A stretch of DNA of 64,000 nucleotides. It comes from Deinococcales bacterium (lineage in GTDB: Bacteria; Deinococcota; Deinococci; Deinococcales; JAAFIG01). A program made the position numbers and the translations under genes. The stretch covers positions 14,954 through 78,953 of the forward strand of contig JAYWGM010000072.1 in NCBI GenBank assembly GCA_043778225.1. The letters are read 5' to 3'. Of this stretch, positions 1-9,562 are shown in pieces. Under the pieces are notes generated by a model. It saw nothing but the letters and a program-made list of their open reading frames with translations. It was not told the DNA's origin and did no database searches. How positions within the stretch are numbered: the stretch's first letter is position 1; each line of letters starts with the position of its first letter.

Positions 1-909
1 ACCGGCTTTACTCAGTTCAAGACTGATTTGACTGGCAGCCGCCGCCACTGGCGCTGCCGCAACCACCACAGGTTTTGGCTTGACGACTGGCGTGGTGGCA
101 ACAGGTTTTGGTTTGACGACTGGCTTTGGTTTATTGATGGCTAGACGACTTTCTTTAAGTAAGCCTCGAGCTTGCGAACCAAAACGGGTCACTTGCTGCA
201 ATAAACCATTGATGCCACTGCGATAGCCGCCGAGATCTCCGGTTGCTAGTAAACCCAGCACCTCAGAAAAACGGCTGACCGACAACGCCCCAACTCGGGG
301 CGAATCTTGAACCACCAAAAAAGCACTGGCAGCCCGAACGGTACTCGAGAACGAAGCCACCTGATTTTTATTGCGGCTGGCATTCTGTAAACTGCGCTGC
401 ATCAGGTTGGCGACCCCAGTCTCGAGCAGCGCCCGCACACGATTAGATTGTCCTTGGGCAACACTGGCTTTGAGTTCGATTTGCTGCACTACAGGCAACT
501 CAAAAGCCCGCCCGAGTACCCCCGCATACTGGGTAGCCAGTGGGCGCTTTGCCGCTATTTCAAAGAATAATTCTTCGTACAAGGCTCGCTCGAGAATTCG
601 CTGAATCTGAGAACTCTGGGCTTCAAGGTCGGTGCGGCTGCCTCGAGAAATGGCAGTGCGGGCTTGCTCAAAGGCTTTGTTACCACCCGGAATCAGTTTT
701 TGCGCCCGAATTTCAGGGCTGATACGGCGATACGTGTCTCGGGCTGACTCGAGTTGACTGACCGCCGCCCGCGGATTAGAACCAAGCAACGAAGCAGCCG
801 AACGTAACCCCGTATTGATGGTGCGGTAGCCGCCCAGCAAATCTGCCGCCAAAGCAGCACTCAGGCTACTGACTGCGATTACAAAAACCCATATGATCAA
901 CCTTGTCAT
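1..909 (-). CDS. Secreted/exported hypothetical protein, runs off the window edge (partial)
   Basis: Not in the ORF track. ATG at 909 overlaps the stop of the 906..2066 gene (ATGA). Reads MTRLIIWVFVIAVSSLSAALAAD (signal peptide), has a KPKPVV-rich linker, and the end codons checked are open to position 1. Confidence 0.75.
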   Translation of the reverse strand, partial: MTRLIIWVFVIAVSSLSAALAADLLGGYRTINTGLRSAASLLGSNPRAAVSQLESARDTYRRISPEIRAQKLIPGGNKAFEQARTAISRGSRTDLEAQSSQIQRILERALYEELFFEIAAKRPLATQYAGVLGRAFELPVVQQIELKASVAQGQSNRVRALLETGVANLMQRSLQNASRNKNQVASFSSTVRAASAFLVVQDSPRVGALSVSRFSEVLGLLATGDLGGYRSGINGLLQQVTRFGSQARGLLKESRLAINKPKPVVKPKPVATTPVVKPKPVVVAAAPVAAAASQISLELSKAG

Positions 910-2066
910 GCTGTCTCCTTCAATGATTCTAACTCAGTAAAGACCCGTCCGACGTTGACGCCCGCGTCGGCAAGTACCGTTAGGAGTTGCTCTCCGAGTG
1001 GCGCGATAAAAGCACTGACACTTTCGAGGTGGGTATAAAAAACCCGAAAATGACGGCGCTTGGCTAATAACATTGTTGTGGCTGCCACCACGCCAGCCAA
1101 ATGACTGGCACTGCCACTCGACAAGCGCGAGGCAATCACATCGCCGTTGCGTTTGGAGAGCAACACACCCGTCACCCCTTCCTCGAGGGCAAAACGGGTC
1201 AGCAGCGCCTCTTGTGCTGCTGGGGTTTCAAAAAGTGCCAAAATAGGTTTGGTTGGTTTGGCTGATGGTGGTACGGTCAGCCCAGCCGCAGGTGGTACGG
1301 TCAGCCCAGCCGCAGGTGGTACGGTCAGTGGTTGTATTGGTATCTGCCCCAAAGCCTCAAAGTCAAACTCGAGCGGGGCGATTGGCGAGGTATCAAGTAT
1401 TTTGACCGAGACTGGAATCACTGGGGCGATTTCGTCAATGATCGTCAGGTTCAAATCTTGGTCAATTCGTGACACAGCGCTTGTCCCCGGACGACCCAAG
1501 GCTGGAACTTCGGCTGGACCCGCCAAATGCTCGAGTTCAAAATTAAGTACCGAAAACTCGCCGCTTTCTAAAAGTAAATCGCCTTGGTAACGCGGCTCAG
1601 ATTCAAGCATCGCTGAATTTGGCGATAACTCGAGTTGCAATAAATCCAACTCTGCCCATAAGTCGTTGAGAATCCGTACTGGGTCGTTACTTTGTGGCAA
1701 TTGGGCAATGCTTTTCTGGAGGCGCTGCGCCCGAGGTGAACGCTGGTCAGTGACTCGAGCAAATTCCCCACGCAGCGCAATCCAACCTTCTTCAACTTCT
1801 GGTGAAAACGTCTGAGCCGCCAAAAACTGCGCCTCGAGCGCATTGAGAATCTGGCGGATTTCGCCTTTGGCTTGGGCGACTGGAATAATTTGTTGCAAGC
1901 GAGCAAAAACCACACTTTTTAACAAGGCTTGCATTTGCTCAGGGCGCACTGTCTGCGGTGAGAGTTTGGCACCACGCAAGGCATCACTGACGATGTTCTC
2001 CGCCGCCCGATGCGAGACAAGGCGCGATAGGGCATCGCAAACAATGTTATAAACCTCATTAGCCAT
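906..2066 (-). CDS. Roadblock/LC7 (MglB-like) domain protein with N-terminal helical domain
   Basis: C-terminal EEGVTGVLLSKRNGDVIA...LLTVLADAGVNVGRV Roadblock signature; 386 aa. Confidence 0.7.
   Translation of the reverse strand: MANEVYNIVCDALSRLVSHRAAENIVSDALRGAKLSPQTVRPEQMQALLKSVVFARLQQIIPVAQAKGEIRQILNALEAQFLAAQTFSPEVEEGWIALRGEFARVTDQRSPRAQRLQKSIAQLPQSNDPVRILNDLWAELDLLQLELSPNSAMLESEPRYQGDLLLESGEFSVLNFELEHLAGPAEVPALGRPGTSAVSRIDQDLNLTIIDEIAPVIPVSVKILDTSPIAPLEFDFEALGQIPIQPLTVPPAAGLTVPPAAGLTVPPSAKPTKPILALFETPAAQEALLTRFALEEGVTGVLLSKRNGDVIASRLSSGSASHLAGVVAATTMLLAKRRHFRVFYTHLESVSAFIAPLGEQLLTVLADAGVNVGRVFTELESLKETA
1267..1328. repeat. In-frame 24-bp tandem repeat (PPAAGLTV x ~2.6)
   Basis: GGTGGTACGGTCAGCCCAGCCGCA at 1267, 1291, partial at 1315. 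Confidence 0.9.
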
Positions 2067-2128
2067 CCGAAGCTCGCATTGACCTACAGTAGCATTGCAT
2101 CACGGCTTTAGGCAATGAAGTACGCACC

Positions 2129-2548
2129 TTAACTGCTTTGCTCGAGCAAGCGTTCTAACATCTCGAGCAATTGACTTGGGCGGTAAGGCTTGGTTAAAAA
2201 GTTTAAGTTGCGCCGATTTTTACGCCGGTCTTTTAAGCCATGTGGCGTGGTGATTAAAATGAGGTGAACACCACGGCTTAGCTGTCCCCTAAACAAACGC
2301 GAAGCCACTTCAAAACCATCCATGTCGGGCAGCATCACATCTATCACAACAGCAAATGGCGGGGTCTCGAGACTCCAAGCTAAACTGATTCCACCCACAC
2401 CACTGCTGGCAAACTCGACCCGATAACCACGCTGCACCATGACGGTCGCAAGGCTGGCACGGACACTCGAGTCATCATCAATCAACAAGACCAATGGGGC
2501 TTCTGGCGGGGCAGTCAAAGAACGTATGGCAAGTTGAGACGTTTGCAT
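2129..2548 (-). CDS. Single-domain response regulator (receiver)
   Basis: LLIDDD, DVMLPDMDG, FLTKP motifs. Confidence 0.85.
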   Translation of the reverse strand: MQTSQLAIRSLTAPPEAPLVLLIDDDSSVRASLATVMVQRGYRVEFASSGVGGISLAWSLETPPFAVVIDVMLPDMDGFEVASRLFRGQLSRGVHLILITTPHGLKDRRKNRRNLNFLTKPYRPSQLLEMLERLLEQSS

Positions 2549-2610
2549 GGCGTAAGCAATAGATTACTGGAAAAAGTTTGAGGATGCTGTGCATTTTCCA
2601 CATCGCTAAA

Positions 2611-2738
2611 GCAGGCATGGATTATGTCAAGTACCACAGGCATGGATTATGGCAAGTACCGCAGGCATGGATTATGGCAAGTAGCGCAGGCATGGATTAT
2701 GGCAAGTAGCGCAGGCATGGATTATGGCAAGTAGCGCA
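2611..2738. repeat. 25-bp tandem array x5 containing the stop codon of the LysM/M23 gene
   Basis: GCAGGCATGGATTATGGCAAGTAGC units at 2611, 2636, 2661, 2686, 2711. Confidence 0.95.
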
Positions 2739-4005
2739 ATGGATTGACTGGCGAACCATTGACCCTGATTTCAAAATGCAGATGTGGACCGGTACAAATT
2801 CCACTGCATCCCTCCCAGCCAATCAGTTGCCCACGCTCGACATACTGCCCACCATAAACCGCCGTGCGGCTCAGGTGTCCATAGATATTTTGCACCCCGC
2901 CACCGGTGTTAATCCAAACATTCAAACCAAAATACCCATAACCAGACTGTTGCACCATTCCACCCTTGGCAGCATAAATTGGTGTGCCATAGGGAGCAGC
3001 AATGTCTAAACCAGTATGAAAATTACTGCTACCAATCCAAAAGCCACGACGACCATAACTGCTGGTAATCACACCACGCATGGGCCAGATATAGCCCCCA
3101 CGAAAACTTGGATAAGTAAACGAAGCCGTTGCCCGACGCACCTGCGAAGTGCTGGCTTGCTGAGCGGTACGCAACCGCGCCCGCGCTGCATTGCTAGCAG
3201 CCTGAGCCAAAACTCGAGCCTTGGCGCGGCTCTTGGCTTGCACTGCTAATTCGGCTCGAGCCGAGGCAATCCGCTCTTTTGCCAGTTCAAAACGCGCCTG
3301 AATCCGTACCGCTTCTTCGGCATCGCGGCGTTGCTCAAGGCGCTCGAGGGTAGAATCAGCATTGACCTCTGGCAGCACCACATAATCGCCAGTCTGTAAG
3401 GCGCTTAAATTTCCAGCATTGTTGGCACGGATTAAATCATCTATTTCGACCCCATGATTGGCTGATACGTCCATCAAATCCTGATTGGCTTTAAGAACCA
3501 CATACGCCCCTTGGCTGTACCCCGGTACAATTAGGCGCTCACCGAGCCGAATCTGGTCGAGGCTGCGTAAGGCTGGATTGGCATTGACCAAATCCATTTG
3601 CGTAAAGTCAAACCGAGACTGAATCGTGGATAAAGTATCGCCGCGTTTGACCGTATACCAAAACGCGCCTGGAGGTAAGCGGGCTTCTCGAGTTGGCTCG
3701 AGGTCGGTTTTTTGCAGTGGCACTTTGAGAATTTCGCCAGGGCGAATGCTGTTTTTGGTGATTCCAGTCGCAACCTTAATGGCTCGAGGTGTGACCCCAA
3801 AGCGGTTGGCAATACCACCGATGCTGTCGCCACGGCGCACCCGCAGATAAATCACAATGCTCGAGGCTTGGGGACGATTTGCTTTCAGACGCACCGTTGT
3901 GGCTGGCGCGTGCAAACTAATCAACTCGAGCGGCGAGCGCGTTGCCACCGCCGAGGCAGAAAAAAGCCCGAGCAGCAGCACCAACAAAAATTGAAGTGGT
4001 TTCAC
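2722..4005 (-). CDS. LysM-domain M23 peptidoglycan endopeptidase
   Basis: Signal peptide, LysM repeats (VRRGDSI, VKRGDTL), HTGLDIA / YGHL / GPHLHFE. Confidence 0.92.
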   Translation of the reverse strand: MKPLQFLLVLLLGLFSASAVATRSPLELISLHAPATTVRLKANRPQASSIVIYLRVRRGDSIGGIANRFGVTPRAIKVATGITKNSIRPGEILKVPLQKTDLEPTREARLPPGAFWYTVKRGDTLSTIQSRFDFTQMDLVNANPALRSLDQIRLGERLIVPGYSQGAYVVLKANQDLMDVSANHGVEIDDLIRANNAGNLSALQTGDYVVLPEVNADSTLERLEQRRDAEEAVRIQARFELAKERIASARAELAVQAKSRAKARVLAQAASNAARARLRTAQQASTSQVRRATASFTYPSFRGGYIWPMRGVITSSYGRRGFWIGSSNFHTGLDIAAPYGTPIYAAKGGMVQQSGYGYFGLNVWINTGGGVQNIYGHLSRTAVYGGQYVERGQLIGWEGCSGICTGPHLHFEIRVNGSPVNPLRYLP

Positions 4006-4150
4006 AACGCTGTTGAGTCTACACCTGAGCGCTACCTGATGAAAAGGGGGTTTGTGAACATAATCGCAAAGTCTCGAGATAAATTGCTGATTAAGTACAA
4101 CCCCGAAATGTTTTAGAGTTCTTTGCTAAAACATTTCCGACCAATGGGAG

Positions 4151-4320
4151 TAGGGACAGCGTATCTGCCGCCGTAATGACAGAATTGCCGCTTTTTGAAA
4201 ATTCTAAAATGTAGGCGGGAGATACTTAGTAGCTAGCGTAATCGCTTCACTTCAAAACACTTCTCCGAGCAATACCAAACTATCTCGTCCTACAGGGCGA
4301 ACACAAGATTCGCCCCTACG
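4151..4320. repeat. Cluster of GTAG-type REP palindromes
   Basis: GTAGGGAC..., GTAGGCGGGAGATA...TATCTCGTCCTAC, GGGCGAA-CACAAGA-TTCGCCC-CTAC. Confidence 0.6.
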
Positions 4321-4398
4321 AAACCCAAATGCGTCACTGACGCGAAAACTTAAAAACTTACCAAAACTATTGGGTGACAAGTTCTTACCTCTTTATGA

Positions 4399-5571
4399 TC
4401 AAAATAGGCGGTGGGCAAACCAATTTGCCACAAACGACTCATGCAATGACCAATGGCGACTCGCTACGTGTCTGTCGTGCGCGAAGACCAGACGATCTTG
4501 CTTGACACCATTTTGTCCAAGGAACTCGAGGTCAGTGATTGGCACAAGTTCATCCAATTCTCCGTTGAGGCTTAACAGTGGCGCGTGCTGTGTTGTTGGC
4601 AGTAAGCCCTGTGCAACCAAGGATAGTGCTGAAAGTCGAGTCTGGAATTCTTGTGGTTCGGCTCGAGGCTCTAAACCCATCACCCTCGAGAGCGCAATTC
4701 TCGCACCCATTGGCAAGGTCTGCGCCCACGCTGGTTGGAAGGCATGATGCACAGGTCCGGCGTTGTTGACCACGCCCAAAAGTTCTGGTCGGAGCAATGC
4801 CAGCTTGAGCGCCCAATGACCGCCAAAACTTAGCCCATAACACCCCATCCGTGTACCATTGATGTCTTTATGTTGACCAACAGCAGCCAAGACCGCCAGC
4901 AGTACCCGTTCAGCATCGGCAGAGACTGGAAAGGGGTTCTCGCCAGTGCCGGGCATATCCACGGTCAGTACAGCGATACCCTTTTTTAGCAGTGCCTCGC
5001 TCTGGGCATGAATCTCGAGGTCACTTTTCCAAACATCAATACCACCCCAGATGGCAACGACTGGAAAGCCTGTCTGCGACTGACCTATTGGCAGGCGCAG
5101 ATAAGCGGTCAGCGTTGCCCCCTCAAAGGGAATCTTTAGCACCTCGAGTGGGCAGGAAAAATGCCGAGCAGCTTTGAGGTACGCCTGAATGTGGCAACGG
5201 TACGCCTGTGCGCCGTCGGGATTGATGATATGCGGGAAACGAGCAAAGAAATACCAGAACGAGGCAAGCAAGAATTCGCGTTCTGCCTCCGACCCATCCC
5301 CTCGAGCCTCAGCCTCTTCACCAAGCGCCATGGCTGCGTCACCGTGGCGCATCAGGCTTATCGCCCAACCTGGCGTAGCTGGTCCCAAAAGCGCCCCTGC
5401 CTGTTGCACCGCCTGAACAAGTTGATCGCCATTGATGCCAAAATCGGCGAAACCGGGCAGGCGGGCAGCAATCTCGGCGGGAACACCCTCAATGCTGAGG
5501 TAACTGTTCGGCGCGGCGGAATACTCAGCAAAGGTCGTTGCGATAGGTCGTTGTGTCATCAATTGCGTCAT
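4399..5571 (-). CDS. Alpha/beta hydrolase, FrsA/esterase-like
   Basis: WGGID, DMPGTG, GLSFGG nucleophile elbow, D and H downstream. Confidence 0.85.
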   Translation of the reverse strand: MTQLMTQRPIATTFAEYSAAPNSYLSIEGVPAEIAARLPGFADFGINGDQLVQAVQQAGALLGPATPGWAISLMRHGDAAMALGEEAEARGDGSEAEREFLLASFWYFFARFPHIINPDGAQAYRCHIQAYLKAARHFSCPLEVLKIPFEGATLTAYLRLPIGQSQTGFPVVAIWGGIDVWKSDLEIHAQSEALLKKGIAVLTVDMPGTGENPFPVSADAERVLLAVLAAVGQHKDINGTRMGCYGLSFGGHWALKLALLRPELLGVVNNAGPVHHAFQPAWAQTLPMGARIALSRVMGLEPRAEPQEFQTRLSALSLVAQGLLPTTQHAPLLSLNGELDELVPITDLEFLGQNGVKQDRLVFAHDRHVASRHWSLHESFVANWFAHRLF

Positions 5572-5718
5572 GATTAAGCTCCTTAGGGTTCGCCTCGGGT
5601 CAAGAAATTACCAGTAAAGCTGACCGGTGAATTCCTTATCTTTGGCAACAGCAGATTAGTCGCAACGCCAGACCATCCGCATTGATGTAGGTCAATGCAG
5701 AGTTGTCGGCATTTAAGC

Positions 5719-6303
5719 CTAAAGATTGCGCCTGAGTCTCGAGAGGGCTTCAGGCGTGATTCCAAGGTATGAGGCAACATAGTGTTGAGGCACGCGCTCG
5801 ACAACCTCGGGAAACTCATGTAAAAAGCACCGATAACGCTCTAGCGCACTGTCACGCAAAAAAGTAATCTCGCGCTGTTCCTTGCGGATGTACATACCCT
5901 GCGCCATACGCCGCGCCCAAGTCTGCCAGAGCAGCGAACCGTCCCATAATCCTTGCAGGTAATCACTTGACCAGCACGAAGCCTGAGTGTCCTCGAGTGC
6001 CTCAATGCTAATCTGTGAAGGTAACTTGGTCATCAGGCTGGTAAAAGCTGTACAGAAGGGATTAGAAGTGTCCACAGCAAAGTCTTTGGTGTGTTCGTTG
6101 TCTTGGGTCAGGAATGCGTACCTTAAAAGACCCCGATGAATAAACAATAGCTGCTCACAGACCTCCCCCTGACGAATAAACTCTTGATGTTTAGAAAAGT
6201 GTTTAGGGATAGCAGATTCGCAAAAAGCCGCAATTTCATCGTTGGGAATAGGAGCAACACGCTGGATAAAACGTGTAACCTCCTCGATTTCATGGGTGTG
6301 CAT
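5719..6303 (-). CDS. Crp/Fnr family transcriptional regulator
   Basis: cNMP-binding domain plus VASYLGITPEALSRLR HTH. Confidence 0.9.
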   Translation of the reverse strand: MHTHEIEEVTRFIQRVAPIPNDEIAAFCESAIPKHFSKHQEFIRQGEVCEQLLFIHRGLLRYAFLTQDNEHTKDFAVDTSNPFCTAFTSLMTKLPSQISIEALEDTQASCWSSDYLQGLWDGSLLWQTWARRMAQGMYIRKEQREITFLRDSALERYRCFLHEFPEVVERVPQHYVASYLGITPEALSRLRRNL

Positions 6304-6478
6304 GGTCAGCAGAGTCTACACAATACTGACTTGGGTTTGGCACGCTCGAGGAAGAGTTAAGCATTGGGATTTTTCAATACTCGAGCCTAAATAAAAGTTT
6401 GTTGGGCTTTTGCGAGAAACCACTTAAACAACCAGAAACAGTCAAAACCGTTTCTGGTTCTTGTGAGCAGTTTTTAGC

Positions 6479-7039
6479 TTATGGTGCTATAAAAAATCCA
6501 AATCCCGCTTCAACTGGAAGACACTCAGCTTGATTCTTAAAATCTGTCTGTCCCGCCAATAGACGGCATATCTGAACCACAATGATTGCTGATTTATTTG
6601 TTGCAGTTGGCTTTACACCCTTTAAGCTAAAGGATTGAGTAATTGTGTCTGTCTTTGGGTCGACAACTATTTTTACTCGAGGAGCAAGCCTATCTGTACC
6701 TTGTGCTGGATTGAGAAACTCTAACTCTTCTGCTATTGGAAAATTTTCAGGAGTCCTAATACAAGCGTTGCTTGCAACAGTTGCATTAGGTACACCCCCA
6801 CCAAATGCTTTCTGGTCACAAAAGACTAGAAAGACGGAATTTTTCGCATCTCTAAATTCGGCGGCGAATGCAGACCCATTTGGATAGTAGCTGCTAAGAT
6901 TGAACTCAAAGTTACCAGTGGCTGTATCCCCAACACGAGTAATTTGCTTATCAAATGTGATACTTGCCAGTGGGAATTTTTCACACGAGACAAATCCTAC
7001 GCTTGCTACTGCCAAAAGAGCCGATAAAATCTTTTTCAT
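6479..7039 (-). CDS. Hypothetical lipoprotein
   Basis: MKKILSALLAVASVGFVSC lipobox. Confidence 0.7.
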   Translation of the reverse strand: MKKILSALLAVASVGFVSCEKFPLASITFDKQITRVGDTATGNFEFNLSSYYPNGSAFAAEFRDAKNSVFLVFCDQKAFGGGVPNATVASNACIRTPENFPIAEELEFLNPAQGTDRLAPRVKIVVDPKTDTITQSFSLKGVKPTATNKSAIIVVQICRLLAGQTDFKNQAECLPVEAGFGFFIAP

Positions 7040-7084
7040 ATTTACCCCGATACTTGTTGCAGGCGTATAGTAGTTCTCTCACGC

Positions 7085-7155
7085 GGGTGGGTACAAGACC
7101 CACCCCTACGTTTGGAACATGGTTTTTCGTAGGGCGCGACCCTTGTGGTCGCCCT
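7085..7155. repeat. Pair of inverted GTAG-type REP palindromes
   Basis: GGGTGGGT-ACAAG-ACCCACCC-CTAC and GTAG-GGCGCGACC-CTTGT-GGTCGCCCT. Confidence 0.7.
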
Positions 7156-7377
7156 GTTTTTGTAACGTAATGGACTTATGTAAGAGGTCTATTCTATCTG
7201 CTATTCAAGATAAAAAGTGATGTACACAAAATTACTTTTTATGGTCATACATAATTACGAAATCTCAACAAAGGGTCTGGCATTCGGGGTTTCTCAAGAC
7301 TCGAGTGCGAATAAAAGTTTGCTGGGGTTTTGCAAAGAAATCAACAAAAGCCCATCAAAAGAGTTGGCTACTTTCAA

Positions 7378-7503
7378 TTATCGGGAAGTGATGCCACCAC
7401 CGCCACCACTACCACCGAGATGTGATTCTGGATTTGCAAATCCGATCGAGAAAAAACCACCAATTGCCATCAATGCCACAACAAACCGAATTACTTTTTG
7501 CAT
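7378..7503 (-). CDS. 41-aa secreted peptide (signal peptide plus Gly-rich tail)
   Basis: AGGAGG RBS; MQKVIRFVVALMAIGGFFSIGFANPESHLGGSGGGGGITSR*. Confidence 0.75.
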   Translation of the reverse strand: MQKVIRFVVALMAIGGFFSIGFANPESHLGGSGGGGGITSR

Positions 7504-7549
7504 AAGAGCCTCCTAAATACCTTTGTGGCAAAAAGTTATTGTTTGGCTG

Positions 7550-7602
7550 CTGAACAAGTTCTGATAAGTTACTGAACAAGCACTGAACAAGCACTGATAA
7601 CG
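7550..7602. promoter_or_regulatory. Five 11-bp-phased direct repeats, putative SARP/BTAD operator
   Basis: CTGAACAAG/CTGATAAG-type units start at 7550, 7561, 7572, 7583, 7594; extended -10 TGTATACT follows. Confidence 0.7.
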
Positions 7603-7618
7603 TGTATACTTGGACAAT

Positions 7619-9562
7619 ATGGGGCTCCATCCTTTACACAACCTGATTTTGGATGGACAAGAAGGCAAAGCCCTCGAACTGTATCAGGCACTGAGTACAC
7701 CAGATGCACCAGATGACCGTTGGGCTGGATGTGCTTTGTTGGCACTCAATCAGCCCTTAAAAGCCAAAGATTTATTGATTCGAGCAGTGGCTCGAGGTTG
7801 CCTTGCAGCACGCACTGAATTGGCTGCTGCATATCGTATTTTGGGTGAACATCAACACGCCCATAGCGAAATAGAAGCCGCTATTTTAGACATACCCATA
7901 GAGTTTATTGCAAACCATACCGAAGCGAATCTTAACCGCGCCTTGTTATTGCATGAATTGGCAATCCAGCAACAAGCCTTAGGAGACCAAGAAGGAGCAT
8001 TAGAAACGCTTGAAATAGCTTGGGTAGCGACTTTAAGCTACTATGAGTTATCACGATTGCGCTGTGGTATCGCACAGGTTCAAGCTCATATCTATATGAA
8101 CCAACGCCGCTATGCTCGAGCCGAATACCACTTTACTACTGCGCTAGAAAGCAATGGTGTTCCCGCTCGGGCGGCTCGAGTCTTACTTAATCGAGCCTAT
8201 TGTCATTTGTACCAAAGCGACTACACAAGCGCCCAGCACGACCTTGATTTGGTGCGCCAAAAACTGGGCTTTGTGCCAAGTTTGGCTGCCAACCTCGAGT
8301 ATGTGGTTGGCGTGGTCAATCGCGCACTGGGGCATTGGTCGTTGGCAATTGCGGCATTTGAATTGGCTTCGAGCATTGCCCGTAAAAACGAAGATTTGGA
8401 TGTGGCTTTTCATGCTGAACTGTGCTTGGCAGCTTGTCAGACAACCCTCGAGCGTTTTGAAAATGCCGAAATGCACTTGGCTCGAGCCAAGAAAATCAAA
8501 AACCTTTCGGTACGCGATACCGCCTTTCTCGAGTGGCGTTCGGGGCAGGTATTGAGTCCAACCAACCCAAAACAAGCCTTGGAGCATTTAGCTCGAGCCA
8601 AAACTGCTTTTGTACAACTGCATATGCCACGCGAACTGATTGGTGTGTTTTTGCATTTGTGCAATGCGTATCTGTATTTAGCCGACTCAGAGTCAGCCCT
8701 TGATGCCTTACAAGCTGCCGCCCATATTGCTTTTGAAAGCGAAGACGGCACAGCCTTACTTGAACTGAGCGGCTTACCTCGAGTCCAACAACTCTTAAAA
8801 TCAGATGCTCCCGCCCCTTGGCGCAAAGCATTGATGCCAAACACCTCGCTTGTCGTTCCAAAAGTTATTCAGTCTATTCAGTTGGTCACGCTGGGGGCAG
8901 TCGAACTTAAAGTTGACGGCAACGGGCTTTACTTGCGGATGAACCGCACCGTTGAAATTATGGCTTATCTGTTAAAAAATCCGAACATCGGCATCGAAAA
9001 AATCCTTGTCACTTTATTCGCCGACATAGACCCTCGTAAAGCCAGTAATTATTTTCATAAAGCCCGTCAGATGTTAAAAGTCGCCACCAGTGCAATCTGG
9101 ATTGATTTTGATAGCCACAAAAAAACCTATGCCGTCAAAACCCACGCCAATTTATACTGGGATGCACAAGCCATTCAGCAAATTCTCAGCACGGCTGAGG
9201 ATAATAAAATCATCAGCGCAATCAGTGCTTACGCTGGTGAATTCTTACCCACCGCCAGTTGCGAATGGGCTATCGAGGAGCGCGAAGCCTTGGCATGGAG
9301 CATCATCAAAGTCGGACTCGAGACGCTGCAACGCTGGTACGAAAGCGGCGAGCATCAAAAGTGCTTGTCTTTAGCCCATCGGCTGCTCGAGATTGACCCA
9401 TTCAACACCGCGATTCACGAATTTATTATCAACACCACGCTCTCGCTCGAGGGTGAATTGGCAGCCAAGCGCGAATTATTACGCGCCAGCCGCCGTTTTG
9501 TCGAGAATTTTGGTGAAGTCCCGATCGAATTTGACCGTTTACGCAATATGCTCTTAAATTAA
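7619..9562 (+). CDS. TPR-repeat protein with C-terminal wHTH/BTAD (SARP-like) transcription activator
   Basis: TPR helices, then LVTLGAVELKVDG, YAGEFLP...CEWAIEERE, LEIDPFN BTAD motifs; ATG 7619 just after a -10 box. Confidence 0.85.
   Translation: MGLHPLHNLILDGQEGKALELYQALSTPDAPDDRWAGCALLALNQPLKAKDLLIRAVARGCLAARTELAAAYRILGEHQHAHSEIEAAILDIPIEFIANHTEANLNRALLLHELAIQQQALGDQEGALETLEIAWVATLSYYELSRLRCGIAQVQAHIYMNQRRYARAEYHFTTALESNGVPARAARVLLNRAYCHLYQSDYTSAQHDLDLVRQKLGFVPSLAANLEYVVGVVNRALGHWSLAIAAFELASSIARKNEDLDVAFHAELCLAACQTTLERFENAEMHLARAKKIKNLSVRDTAFLEWRSGQVLSPTNPKQALEHLARAKTAFVQLHMPRELIGVFLHLCNAYLYLADSESALDALQAAAHIAFESEDGTALLELSGLPRVQQLLKSDAPAPWRKALMPNTSLVVPKVIQSIQLVTLGAVELKVDGNGLYLRMNRTVEIMAYLLKNPNIGIEKILVTLFADIDPRKASNYFHKARQMLKVATSAIWIDFDSHKKTYAVKTHANLYWDAQAIQQILSTAEDNKIISAISAYAGEFLPTASCEWAIEEREALAWSIIKVGLETLQRWYESGEHQKCLSLAHRLLEIDPFNTAIHEFIINTTLSLEGELAAKRELLRASRRFVENFGEVPIEFDRLRNMLLN

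Noticed and set aside
2611..2738. CRISPR array (also considered for the 23.2, 32.3, 45.5 and 63.9 kb arrays)
   Set aside because: Units are head-to-tail with no unique spacers, and there are no cas genes in the window.
7239..7254. TTATG-GTCATA-CATAA as a Deinococcus RDRM (DdrO box)
   Set aside because: The spacer is one base shorter than the 17-bp motif and it is not upstream of a DNA repair gene.
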